NCBI GenBank assembly: GCA_963924565.1
Contig: OZ004609.1
Location: 21,390,001-21,454,000 of the forward strand
Direction: 5' to 3'
Source: Ascidiella aspersa
Taxonomy: Eukaryota
DNA length: 64,000 nt
Each line of letters opens with the position of its first letter. Position 1 is the first letter of the stretch. Below the pieces are notes generated by a model. It was given only the letters and a program-made list of their open reading frames with translations, did not search any database and was not told the origin of the DNA. This document shows positions 52,001 through 64,000 of the stretch, in pieces. Position numbers and translations under genes: made by a program.

Positions 52001-55000
52001 TAACACAATTGCAAACACTCAAGGCCCGTCCTTTATGGGTAAACAAAAACGTCTGACTCAAGACAGAAACGTTTTATGCAAAGCCACTTATCAATGCGGG
52101 AATTTTTGACCATAATGATCTACTAAACGACTCGGGACACTATATGACATATGACCAACTGGCAGTTAATTACAAATTCCACCCAAACAATATAGATTTT
52201 AAAACCTTTATTAAAATGATCGCTGCTCTCCCACCTGAGTGGAACCACTCCACAGCAGGATCTCCACCCGATACTAAACTAGTCACCACTTTAAGGCAGA
52301 TACTTCAGGTACATAACTCATCAAAAACTTTATACAATGAGATAAAAACATACACTACTGATCGTCCCCATAAAGAACAACGCAAGTGGGAACGGGATTT
52401 AAATCTTGTACCGAACACAACTCCTTGGGACAGGTTATATGAAAACACTCGTAAAGCCACAATTGAAACTAAACTGCGATCCTTTTAAATTAAACTTAAT
52501 CTTCGTGCGATTGTGACCAATGATGCGCTATTCTCTTTTGATATAACTGAAACCAACCGGTGTGTTTGTTGCAATTTAAACGTTGAAACAATTTCTCATG
52601 TGTTTTTCTATTGCGAACATGTCGTAAAGTTTTGGGAAGAAGTCACTGCTTGGATTTTAGCAAAACTTTTTATATCCCTACAAACCATTGCAGTAACTGT
52701 TCTGTTTGGTACTGTAAATGAGGATGATTTGCTAAACTGTTTACTGATTTGTGCTCGCTTTGTGATTTATCGATGTAAATATGCCAAAACTTTTCCTTCT
52801 TTCTTAATGTTCAAGAACATGGTAAAAACAGTAAAAAAATCAGAATACCATATTGCGCTAGGAAATAAGAATCTTGCTGCTTTTCGAGTCAAATGGTCCA
52901 GTCTGTAAACATATACCTGTCGCTTCTTATTAAGTGCTATCCATCTTTTATCTCTCGTGCGTCATTTTCTTCTGCCGTGCAACTTATTATCACGTAATAA
53001 AAAAAAAAAGTTTTGACAAAAAAAAAAAAAAAACTAACTATTAAAGTTATACCGTTTCTTCGAAGTAGTTTGATATGTCGCGCTAATCGACAAAAAAAAC
53101 ACCCGGGAAAGACGATCTCCGTTTAGTATTGCAGGTGGCGACAGACGTGCTTGTAATTTAGCCTAGTCCCGTACACGGATCTACCAAAATCAATCACACA
53201 TATTTCACGGTCTTGGTTTAGTTTTTCGCCTGAAGTTAACGATTGCACACTAAGCGGTTTCGCAGTTGGCGCCTGGCAGGATTGTCGATAACGCATGTGT
53301 TCGCTTTGCGTCTAAATGTTCGCTTTTGCTGGCTTTAATTGGCTGTTTCGGATGATTTTTTTTCTTGTTTATGACGTCATTACCATCGCTATTTTATGAC
53401 GTCATATCCGTCATTATTTTATGACGTCATTAACGTCAGACAAAAAAACAACGGGGAATTCCCTAAGTTGAAAATTCGGAACTCCTCCTTTTTGAATTTC
53501 TGGATACGCCCCGCTGTCTGTTTCAACCAACCTGGGCACGTTTTGATAGTAACCAAGCACTGCCTGGAAGATTGCGAGTTTGAACAGGAGTCACATTCGA
53601 TATATCAACCATTTTACCAGGACTATTTATTGCCGAGGACAATTGGTCGTAATCTTCTGCCACTTCAATCACTTCTGGAATTTCATCATCTCCTATAAAC
53701 AGGCAAAATATTTTTTGAAATTAAGTAAACAGCAGATTAAGGTCTGTATTTGAAATCAAGTTTAAATTATATCTTGATTTCACGTGAATAACAATTACCA
53801 GCTGTTGTGTTTAACTTTGACTCTTCATCAGATGACGTGGAAAAGTCATCAGATGAATAATCCCTTGATCTGATAATCACACAAAAAATATTTATGACAT
53901 TCAGTCATATTTAAAAATAATGTGATTCAACCTTATTATTTTTCCTGTAATAATAGCATAATTAGATTGATTTGTAGAGCAACGCTAACCAATCGTTCAC
54001 ATTAAATGTATAAATTCTTAATTCTTAATGACACTTGAAAAAATATTACCGCTGGGTGTATATTTTCTCATGATCCGATTCATCACTACTGCTAGAAAGA
54101 TTTAGTCGGTGGTGTTTCCCACTTGTATGATGACTACCTCTGTCCCCATAACCAGACCAAGTTGCCACTGAGTCTAATGTGGAAAGCACCACAGTCCTGG
54201 CAGAGTGTGGGCAAGTTTGTGGTCGATTATTTTCAAGGTCATCTTCAGCATCATCAACAGCTGCTTTTTCTGCGGTGTAATCCCCGTAAACAGAAAAGGA
54301 ACGCTTAGTGTCAGTTCCATTGGAGCCAGAAACTGGTTTTGATGGTGGCATATCCATCAGATCGTCCACCTCAATAGAATTAAGTAGCTCATCAAGATCA
54401 TCCAGTTCATTGTGATTCATTTCCTCATGAAAAACTGGTGCAGCAGCAGTAGAAGTGTCTACAAATCCAGCTGTCAATTCAGGGCTTCTGATCCTCAACT
54501 TTGTGGAATACTTTTGCAAGATTGGCAGCTTTAACAGCTCTTCAGCAGTGGGGCGTTTACCTGGATCTCTGGTTAGCACTTTCGCGATGAAGTCTTTAGC
54601 CGCAGAAGAGCAGGTGTTAGGAAGCACAGCATACTTACAGTTTACTATCTTATAAAACAAGCTGACCAGGTTTGCAGCATCGAAAGCAGGGGCCAGGGCC
54701 AACATCTCAAATACCAAACAACCCAATGCCCAAATATCTGACTTAAAGCTGTAGGGGATGTCCTGACAGAGCTCTGGACTTAGATAGCATGGTGTTCCTA
54801 CACATGTGCTGGCTTTGTCTAGTGTGTGGTCGATTTCCTTGGAAATTCCAAAGTCGCCTAACTTCACATCTCCACTCCTGTTGAACAGTAATCATGCTTA
54901 ACAATTAGTAAACCTAATTTAAAAAGTATCAAACAGTATTTAATGTATATTATTTTATGTTAACATGCTACTACTGAAATCAAACAGTAAAACTCAAGTG

Positions 55001-56115
55001 TATAATTACATATAATAATATGTAATAATTTTGTTCCGTTTAATACAAATTATATGTGGCAGTATTTACTAATAATTGGGCATTCAGCCAGGCAGCCTAT
55101 ATGACAACAACACAACAATAAAACTACTCTACAGGGTCTTTTAAGAAGTATTACCTTACACAATAGAATATTTGAAAGGCATTCTACCGTAAATACAATG
55201 AACTATCACTCTTTTGACACAGGGCTGTAATGTAAACACACATTGAGTCTTGTTGCAACAAGAGTCTACTCACTTAAGCAAAAATACATTTTCAGACTTC
55301 AAATCTCGATGTAGAATTCTTCTTTCGTGTATGTAACACACTGCTGATGTGATTTGTGTGGTCCATGTTAAAACTCTGTTTTCTGGAAGAGGTTGTTGTT
55401 GTAACTGGGCAGTTTTTATTCTGTCTTGTATTGTGCCTCCATCACAGTACTCTAAAACCATGCACATCATTGCATCCTAAAAAACATGGAAATTACATTG
55501 ATTCAATATACAGTTGTTTTAAAAGTTTGATTTATTTACCCCTTGGTATTGTGAGTGCAAATTAATCCAAAACTATACATAGTTTTATTGTATTGTACTA
55601 ACTTATTAAAGTGGCAAAAATCTAGTTTAGTTATGCTGTATAATTTTTAAAATGTCAACCTAAAAAAATTTATCCAGGTTAGATTGATTATATATATATT
55701 GTGAACAGTTTTTAACAAACATTTAAAGGTATTTTACAAACTAGAATGCATTTATTTTATTCCAACCTGGCCAGTTAAAAACCACTCTTGGCATTTGACA
55801 ATGTGAAAATGGCTCAAGGTTCGTAAGATGTTAGCTTCCCTGGTGACTGATTTGCGACTTCTAGATTTGCGTGAATCATCAATCTCAATCTTTTTAATAG
55901 CAACAAGTTTGGACTGTAATATAAAATTGTTCATATGCCTCTACTCAATGGTACACAAACTTTTATTTTAGCTAAATAAGGTATCAGGCCAAACTAAAAT
56001 AAAAGTAACTTTAAAAAAGGGGAAATATAGAAACCTTTTGTTTACTGTTTCTTGCAAGGAAAACTGATCCACTTGAACCCTTTCCAATTTTAGTTATGAT
56101 GTCATATGCATCCAT
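46016..56115 (-). CDS. NIMA-related (NEK family) Ser/Thr kinase
   Basis: Exons approx. 56115-56035 (MDAYDIITKIGKGSSGSVFL), 55914-55767 (VAIKKI), 55476-55274 (HRDLKSENVFL), 54877-54050 (KLGDFGISK, VGTPCYLSPELCQDIPYSFKSDIWALGC), 53869-53799, 53692-53532, 49386-49044, 49017-48952, 48052-47972, 47607-47542, 46737-46654, 46181-46016 (stop TGA). Subfamily not assignable by eye. Confidence 0.88.
46765..47315. mobile_element. hAT-type MITE related to the 13725 element
   Basis: CAGGGG...GGCAACC / GGTTGCCGACCCCTG termini; GCGGGCCG subterminal motifs; TSD CTCTAAAA / CTGTAAAA (7/8). Confidence 0.8.
49844..53516. mobile_element. Non-autonomous hAT-type DNA transposon containing a LINE insertion
   Basis: Termini CAGTGGCGTATCCAG / CTGGATACGCCCCGCTG; perfect 8-bp TSD TCTGTTTC at 49836-49843 and 53517-53524. 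Confidence 0.85.
49903..53032 (+). mobile_element. 5'-truncated, decayed L1/Tx1-like non-LTR retrotransposon (ORF2 pseudogene)
   Basis: End of the APE endonuclease (RIDFFLIS...SDH); RT motifs KSPGLDGLPVEFY, DYKIMSK, LDIYKAFD, RQGDPLS, LADD, KYLG; C-terminal CxxC-x7-H-x4-C; poly(A) at 52998-53032; ORF broken near 50292, 50400, 51631, 52054 and 52486. Confidence 0.92.
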
Positions 56116-57645
56116 TATGTTCTATTCATACTTGCACTTTCCGGGTTAATAAATTTGATTTTTAATCAGCCTAAATCACAGTTTACCAGATTCAGAAACC
56201 AATCTATTCCGAACGAAATCGATAAAAGATCCTTTAAAAAATAAAAATATTTTTTTTTATTGAATGAAAAGCAGGTATGTTTGTTTGTGATACATATTTT
56301 TTAAATCTCATGATACACACTTACACACTAGTACTTGTTTGAAAAATAGGACTGTAATGTGGGAAATTTCAAGCCACGTTGCCAAGAGGAAACCTTTTTA
56401 AAACTTGATATTTTATGATCTGGATAAATTAGTGCAGTTATTTAAACCAGCAAGTCATTATACAACACCAGAAAACCTAGCTAGCAAAAAGATCAGAATT
56501 TGTAGTAATAATTGTTGGACCCATTTGCAACTTAGATAATTTAATTAGAAACAATTCCTTACAAAAAAATATATTAAAGTTTGTATTTAAACATTTCAAA
56601 AATCTGTTGGCATGTTTGATCTGGTATGCTCAATTCAGTATTATCAATGTTAAAATCTAGAGCAGAATGGCGAACTACTGACATGCAGTTCATACAGTGA
56701 CCCATTACAGATTTCCAGTGACCCACTTGCCTTTTTAAAATAAACAAAATACAACCAAATTTTAAAAATAGAACAATTGTTTCAGGAAAAAACAAACTTT
56801 ATAACCATGTGATAACACCATTCTTACTGCATGGTGCCAAATTTGTTTGACATTTGTAAAGTGACCAACACAATACAAAAGCTGGCATACCAAGCACTAG
56901 TAAATGCTCTTTTTTCTTAACTGCAATTTCTATGTTTTACAGGCAACTTAACCCAACACTGCATAATATAATGAAAAACATAACAGGCTATAATCCCACC
57001 ACACACGGGTGGAAATCAACTTACTACACGACATTAGTTTGGTAGTGCAGGCCAACTGAATTAGGTTTCGTTTGGGGCTTTTATTGCTCAAATTATTCGG
57101 GTTAGGGTGCGAACTAGAGTTTAGGTGGGTCAAGTTATATTATAATATTTATTGCAATTTTGATTTTGACAACTTGTTACGTTACCGTAAAAAAGTAGTA
57201 CGATTTCAGCTGAAAATGAAGTACTATATCGAAAAAGCGACTGAAGTTCGTGCAGGTAGTTTTGCGCGGTAAAACGATTTTTTCGCGGCTGACGCATTTC
57301 ACGCCGATTTTCCTCAAAGAGCGCGGCAACGGCCATTGCTGAGAGAGCAACACGTTTAATTTTAGGCAAAACATTCCAGTCTGATCCCGAATCTTGTTCG
57401 ATGCAGAATCCGTTAAAAAACTGCCACAGTCCGGTTATTCCATTAACAGCTGACATTTATCAAATTAATTGCTCCTAGATAGACAAAACAAGAAACAACA
57501 ATTAATAACAAACACATTTTTGTAAATATTAGTTTTACAGCCGGTCACGCATCACAAAGTCAGTTTTTGACAACCATAGACATCTTATAATTCACAGCAT
57601 CCACTGCGACCACTTGTGGCCTGTCTGTTTGTCATTTGTTTAAAT

Positions 57646-57990
57646 CAGTGCTCCGCAACTTTTTCACGTGCGGCACCAAACAGTGCAAAGACAGTTTGGC
57701 GGTACACCTACAAAATAATAACGATTGACAACAGATGCAAAATATCCAAGACTGCCCAGAGAAAACAAGCGTTTTATCATAATTTAAGTAATGGGGTAGC
57801 CTATACATGGCGCCTTATAAGGAAAGTATTTTACAAAAGTAGGACAAAACATACAAGAGAACCAAATTAGGAATATACGAATAAGTAGCATTGCATCACC
57901 ATTACAGTTAAATGGTTATAAATCGGCCGTACATAAACTGCCTTATTTCTCTTATGCTATATTAGGGTAACCCAAAGTTGACAGCATCGC
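57646..57990. mobile_element. Probable truncated hAT-type MITE
   Basis: Starts CAGTGCTCCGCAACT after GTTTAAAT; related start at ~63630; no matching right terminus found, so the end coordinate is approximate. Confidence 0.35.
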
Positions 57991-59089
57991 GAGCCACATA
58001 AAGCAGTGCGTGCCAGGAGCGGACCAACGATTTTTATTAGCTCGGGACATAAAAAACTGTCTTCCTGAACAGCTAATCAAAACATACAACAACAGAAAGT
58101 CCCAAGTTGAGGTACACAAGTTACACTAACGAACTACTTAATTGTCGGGGTCCGTTTTTCCCCTGTTATTCCATTTTTTTATCGAGCGACAATTAACCAG
58201 TTAAAAAGTATTAAGTTGGTATATATAAAGCTTTTCAATAATACGGTTTTGTACTGTCTTAATAAAGATACATTATTGTTTCAACATATTGTCTACTACT
58301 CTAAACTCAACAAAATTCATTTTCCTTCCTATTAAAAGCTGCTGGTCAGTGGCCACATATTCTCACAAGATTCGTACTGAAGACACTCCCATTTTTTACT
58401 CTACTCCATTTTTTTTTCCTTTTTCAAGTTTAGCTCCAAACCACAAACCTGTCGAGAAACACCTTTTAGTTGAATTGTGGAACAGCTCTGTGACAAGATG
58501 CCAGAGCGATCATTTGCATGGTCTGTTAACACATTTGTGCGAATGTGCAGCGAGAAAGTGACGCATAAACTTAGGAAATTGTTCACAGGTCACAGGACAT
58601 TAACCTAGCCTAGTGTGTTTTTCACATTTGGTCTTACCAGTTTAACCACAGCCCGCAGTGTAACCAAATGGATTTGTTCAAATATGGAAAACGATAGTTA
58701 GCCTATTAGCTGTTATGGAATCGGAAATCTGTTTTGGAATAAACTAAACAAGCTTATCGTACAATCAGTAGTCGGAAATACTTATGAGATGCCCTATACA
58801 CCAGCATTTAATATAAATAAACTGACTAAACATTAAATTATTGATTCTTGTACGTTCTTGCTGGGAGAAAATGTGTTGTTCTGTCTGTAAAAGCAAAATA
58901 TCTGGACACGTGGGGCTTTTGCCTACGCAAACATATAAATGTGTCATTGCTAGAGTTTTGTATTTTACTGTACGACCCCGCACAAGGAAGTATTTGACAT
59001 GGATAACTTAACTAAAACGTAAACAGTGAGGTCCATTAATATTGTCTTGCAAGTCGAGTAGAGTACACAACGCCAAGGTTTGCCACTTT

Positions 59090-59491
59090 ATGCGACGCTT
59101 CGTATTACCGTTTTTGCTCGCGATACACTTGGGTGTGGCGCAAAATATGGAAGTGTGGACATCTGGAACCAGCGTCAACGTGACTAAATATGAAAACATC
59201 AATACAATATATACCATCACAGAAGATAATGCAACGGAACAAGGCCGGTAGATGACAATTGTACCTTCCCCTGCATATCAGCCTACCACTCTGGTAACTA
59301 TCAAAACAATGAATAGCACTCCGCTGCTTTTGGGATTAACTTCAGTTGGCATTGTGGTGACAGTTTTAGTGATAGTTCTCGTTTGTGTAAACCGCAAGCT
59401 GCCCGATGGCGACAGAGAAGATCTCATTAATGTCTCGGATCAGCAAACTAACCGAACAGTGCCTTTGCCAGTTTCATTAGAAACTGTGTAA
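59090..59491 (+). CDS. Small type-I membrane glycoprotein ORF interrupted by one in-frame TAG (59249-59251): readthrough gene, nonsense allele or young pseudogene
   Basis: MRRFVLPFLLAIHLGVA signal-like start; Thr/Asn-rich segment with NVT and NAT sequons; TAG; same frame continues with NST, hydrophobic LLLGLTSVGIVVTVLVIVLVCV, NRK stop-transfer and C-terminal ETV; AATAAA at ~59702. Confidence 0.6.
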
Positions 59492-59792
59492 AGGTCTCAT
59501 TCTCTTTTTTGTACATTTTCTATTTATTGGTACTGTATGTTACAAATTAAGACGTTTTAAATCAAGGCTAGGCAATTTGGTTTATGTGGAAAACAGAGAA
59601 AGTTAAAAAAGCGTGAACTATAAATCATAAATTGCTGTTAATTCGTAAACTATATATCATATCTTTTCTGTCAATAAGTATTGTGGTTAGTTCACTTTAC
59701 AAATAAAAATCTGTAAAAGCAGTTCGTTTTCCCATATTGGGTTAATTTTAGGAATCAAATATTTTTCCTGGGCATTGGTCGCTAAAGATCCG

Positions 59793-60013
59793 CTTTTACT
59801 CGGTTAACCACAAAGGGTCGAAAAGTAAAATAATTTTTCTCCTGAACGATGTTGAATTTTTCTCGGAAATTTATAGGAATGTAGTCCTAAAGTTACATAA
59901 TATAGAACCTCAAAAAGCAAGGATAGCTAAGGCGCTGGTCGTCAAAAACAAATACGTATTCCTGGTGCCAAATTAATCTCGGTAAAGAGTAAAAGAAATG
60001 TAAGATCATTTCA
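59793..60013 (+). mobile_element. Short Helentron-like non-autonomous element
   Basis: CTTTTACTC at 59793 and its inverse GAGTAAAAG at 59987-59995, followed by the hairpin GAAATG-taagat-CATTTC. Confidence 0.45.
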
Positions 60014-60243
60014 AGCAGTGTCCTCTTAATAACTATTACGTTTTATGTTGTAGCCTTCGACCCCGCATCAATTTGCTTAAGCCGCGTGTTGTTGCCGATG
60101 ATTTAAAAAAAATGGTTATGGCATTATAACATGGTAAATTAAAGTAATGTTACGAACAACATTATATTCTTGCTACGATGCTGAATACTAAGAAAACAGT
60201 ATGTAAAATGACAAAACTTAATTTCACTACGTTTTTTTTTTTT

Positions 60244-61642
60244 ATTATATGGGCCGAAAATTTATTTTCGGGACATATCTTGTTTTTGCCGCTATTCTTT
60301 TTTGGTTTCCTATGGTATGTTTCAGACCGATTTTTGTCCGAAGCTTTATCGAAAAAGTAGACATCGTAGAACCTTCAAATTTTCAGACATGGCGTAGAGT
60401 GGTATGTAGGTGCTTTGTAAAAGTTTATGAGGCTGCACCCCCAGGGGCCTTTGCTTGGGGGGCAAAAACCTGAAACATTGCGTTTTAGCACTTTGTAGCT
60501 AACGACTGCCTTCTAGCAGCAGAAAAACTTTCATACAGAATTCGTTCATATTCGCTTGCTTTGTCCAGCTTGTGAAGTGACGAAGCGACTTACCGCCTGC
60601 TGGGCTTTATTGTCCCGCGCGTGAGACTTTCATTGTGCGAAGTGCCACGTCCTAAACTGGGCTCGTGCGACTTGCATTTTAAAACAAGGCTTCTCTTTAG
60701 TAAAATTACTTAATGCTGTTAAGAAACAACTTATTTTACCGCCGCAAATTTAAATGCGAAATCTGGTGGCAACTCTAATCCAACATATCAACACCAGGCC
60801 TACACAACTTAAAATTGTGTGTTGATATGTTGGATTGGAGTAACATACTATACAGGTGCAAATAGCAAATAAAACTCCAAATACGATTTTTCCAATATTC
60901 TCCAAATCGTATTTCATCGAATTGTCGCGGTAATACACAAAGAGGTAAGGCCGTGAATAAAGTTTCACCCACCGTACAATTAACGGAGGGAAGCATTGCG
61001 AGTAGAGATGTTCAAAGCAGAATATCGGCGACTCATTTATAATGCTTGCTTTCAATGCGGCGTTAGTTTTTTTTCGGCGACCAATTACTTCGCGATAATC
61101 TTCGCCTAATAATTAAGTGTCAATAGGGTGTATTTACCGCCGCAAGTTTAAATGCGAAATCTTAAGGCAGTCTACGCCTCTCTGTTAGCACCTGTCTGCA
61201 TCTTGCTCCAACCAGCATACTACCAACATCAGGCCTAAACATCTAGCAAAATTTTCGATTTAGTAGTTTGCGTATTGAGAACATAATAGTGTTTTTCATA
61301 TTGTTTAAAACTACAGATTTAAAGCCTGTTTTAACAGTGATTGCTCGGCCCAAGCCATGGTAAAAAATTACCGAGTAAAAGTTTGCAAAAGTATAGCAAA
61401 CCAAAGGCGTTAAACCATTTTTAGTCTTTAAGAGAATAATAATATTTGCTTTTCAAACACGTAAGCTGGTCTAAATTTAATAAAATCACCATACGCATTA
61501 TCTACGTAAATTCTATTTATCAAATATATGTTTCGATCATTCCCCAAATTCTACGCCATATTTGAACCCCTTCCGCATCAAAGGCATATTTTAAGTGGGG
61601 AAGTTTTCGGCCCATATCTGTTTTTGCTTGCAGAAACAAGTT
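60244..61642 (+). mobile_element. Helentron/DINE-1-like non-autonomous rolling-circle element
   Basis: Follows a T run; sub-TIR ATATGGGCCGAAAA at 60247-60260 with adjacent partial inverse TTTTCGGGACATAT; perfect inverse TTTTCGGCCCATAT at 61604-61617 followed by the hairpin TGTTTTTGC-tt-GCAGAAACA; no TSD; internal ~400-bp-spaced direct repeat (60732, 61131). Confidence 0.7.
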
Positions 61643-63286
61643 AAGGAAAATAAAAAACAAAATATATAATATAAAGTACACAATACAAAATATTAAAAAA
61701 AAAAAAATAAAAAAAAAAAAAATAAAGTAAAAATTGAAAATAAACACTAAGCCCTGAAAATATACCCCCTGACAAAATATACAACAACCGCACCCCCGTC
61801 TAGTTTTATTGTGTTTTCCGTCGTTGCTGCTATAAAGTTTGCTGTTATTGTTGATGCTTTTCCTTTCAATCTCTTCGAACTTTTGTCATGTGTAAGAATA
61901 TTATTCTTATGTTTAAATGTTCATATATCTGTGCGTTTCCGTCATTTGTGTTTCCGCGTTAAAACGTGTGTTTTTTGCTGTTATTGTGAATGATTTTGCG
62001 TCAACCTCCTTGAACTTTTGGTATGAGTAATTGTATTATTTGTATTTAAGTTGTAAATATACCACTGTGTTCATGTTATTTCTAGCAGTAAACTTGCGTT
62101 GTCGTATGATTTTTCGTTGTTATCTTATCCTTCTTGTGTTTCCAATGTATCACATTACTTGTGTGTTAGGTAAATGTTTTGTTATTTCCAACGAGCATTT
62201 GTGCAAACAGGGTGCAGTTGATTCGATGTACCTTACGGTCTTTTGCTCCATCCTGGAACAAACCACTGTAATTTGTAACTTTGTACTGCGTTTTGGATGT
62301 TTCGGTTCCAAAAAATAAACTCTATTTATCTATCTCAAATAAATTTCATATTCTGTATGATTTTTTGTCATTTCGCGAAGCAAAACATGATAGCTTTATA
62401 GTTGTAAAACAGCAATATCTCGTCTCTATACGCTGTTAGCCACTTGTGTGAAATGGGTTGACTAAATACTTTTTCCAATAAATGAACAGTAAAACCTTAT
62501 ACGAATATCAATATATCGATTGAGCGTAATACTAATATAACACATGAATAAAACAAATATGTAATCCCGCTACTAAATCGTTATCGAGATGGTCATTGAT
62601 CATCCTTAACAAATCCGCTTTCTCGGTGCCAAATCATTCTCCGAAAGGTTGATAATTTGGCGCTAACACAAACGGCTTCCAAATTAACGAAATTGCATCT
62701 TATATATATTTTAGAACGTTTGTGAGTCGTCAGCATGTTCGCCCGGTCTGTTGCTGACAGAGCAACGTCGTCGTTGACTACAAAAGGACCGGCAACTCCC
62801 GTCGTGTGCTCGCCACTCCCCGGGCGCACGCGCGACATATCATACATCTCTTAACGTATCCGCGCAAAACCTTTTTTCAAGCGCAATTACCTGCGTTGGC
62901 ATAAAAAATCAAATTAGGTATATTGCCCTAACAAAAAATAAATTCCTTACAGCGGTTTTGATAGTAACCAATTTCCAGTTCAAGCGAGATTTTACTTACG
63001 TTCGAAGAAGTATGGTACCGGGATTACGTAAAAAGCACATCACATGTTATAATTCATGTTAACGAACGTGTGCAACATTCCAAGTAAAGACTTAAGTTTA
63101 ACTTCGCAAAATATCGCGTTTGTTGTCGCAGTTTGAACAGTAAGCAATTTATATTTTTCAACGGGTTCCAGGTTTGTCTGACGTTGGACGCAGCTTAATT
63201 TGGCGTTTAGTGCAAAGGTTTAGCAATTTTCACTTTTTTGAAACATACTGAATAAACATCAGAAAACCTACACGGATATCTTACAA

Positions 63287-63700
63287 CAGGGGTTTTCAAC
63301 CTATGGGCCATGGCCCAGCAGTGGGCCACGGCAGTGTTTTCAGTGGGCCACAGAGCTTGGCATACAACGATACCAGAAATCATGTCATTATGAACACATA
63401 TGAGTCCGACATATAAATAACAAACACCTCGACGTAATGCTATGTTTGTAACATCATTTGTTTTCACAATACAATGTGTTTGGTTTGTTTTTACAATGTG
63501 TTTTCTCGCCACCCAACATGTGGTACGGATGCCGGGAAGGTTTTCCAAACGTAACAATCGCCTTGCTTACGTATTATCCTTTGTTACGTTTATTTTTTGT
63601 TTGCGAGCATTAATTTTGCCTGGTTTAGGACAGTGCTCCCACTGCTCCGCAACCGGTGTGCAGCGACATTTTCGTAGGTGTGTTAATTGTGCTTCAGGGT
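63287..63700. mobile_element. hAT-type MITE left ends (63287 and ~63630), right ends not found
   Basis: CAGGGGTTTTCAACCT...TGGGCCAC subterminal repeats after TCTTACAA; CAGTGCTCC...CTCCGCAACC after GTTTAGGA. Confidence 0.5.
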
Positions 63701-64000
63701 ACTTTTTGATCATTCGAATTAACACGAAAATGTATATCTCATTAAGGTAAGTGTTTTGACCTTATGTATTATTCCAGGTGTAAATTCATGAACTTCAATA
63801 TTATGTAAAACATTTTTAAAAACTATACGATCGTCATAAATCGAAATATTGACTTAACCACCAGGAACTACCAGGAGTATAAAAACACAACAATTGTTTT
63901 CAAATTTTACACCAACGTGGAAAGGGAGATTAACCATGCGCTCGAAACCCATAAAATATCATAAATATATTATTGGCATTTTGTGATAAAGTATAATTAG

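Noticed and set aside
56378-57352. RFX X-box-like and E2F-like motifs upstream of the NEK gene
   Set aside because: X-box spacing deviates from consensus, the motifs are short and the TSS is unknown.
61520-61747. Hydrophobic Phe/Ile-rich 75-aa ORF
   Set aside because: Translation artefact of an A-rich low-complexity tract.
62593-62900. GC-richer patch with an 84-aa minus-strand ORF and nearby donor-like sites
   Set aside because: No recognisable domain or consistent exon chain; could be a terminal exon of a gene outside the window, but unsupported.

Overview
Eukaryotic, AT-rich, intron-dense genomic DNA. The short GT-AG introns, the gene content and the myomesin-type gene suggest an invertebrate chordate, probably a tunicate (inference). 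Gene models were spliced by hand, so exon edges are approximate. Genes from left to right: (1) a minus-strand myomesin-like sarcomeric Ig/Fn3 gene (ATG 15417, running off the left edge); (2) a plus-strand 19-exon gene (21813-31806) that splices in frame into one secreted polypeptide: signal peptide, antistasin-like Cys module, astacin Zn-metalloprotease, four ShK domains and a trypsin-type serine protease, with both catalytic sites intact; (3) minus-strand ubinuclein; (4) COMMD3 with an intronless CDS; (5) a minus-strand NEK kinase whose intron holds a hAT-type element that itself contains a decayed L1/Tx1-like LINE; (6) a small signal peptide + Thr-rich + transmembrane + PDZ-ligand ORF interrupted by a single in-frame TAG. 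There are also several hAT MITEs with 8-bp TSDs, Helentron-like elements and local tandem duplications. The best candidates for novelty are the dual-protease/inhibitor/ShK fusion, the TAG-interrupted membrane protein and the hybrid myomesin architecture.
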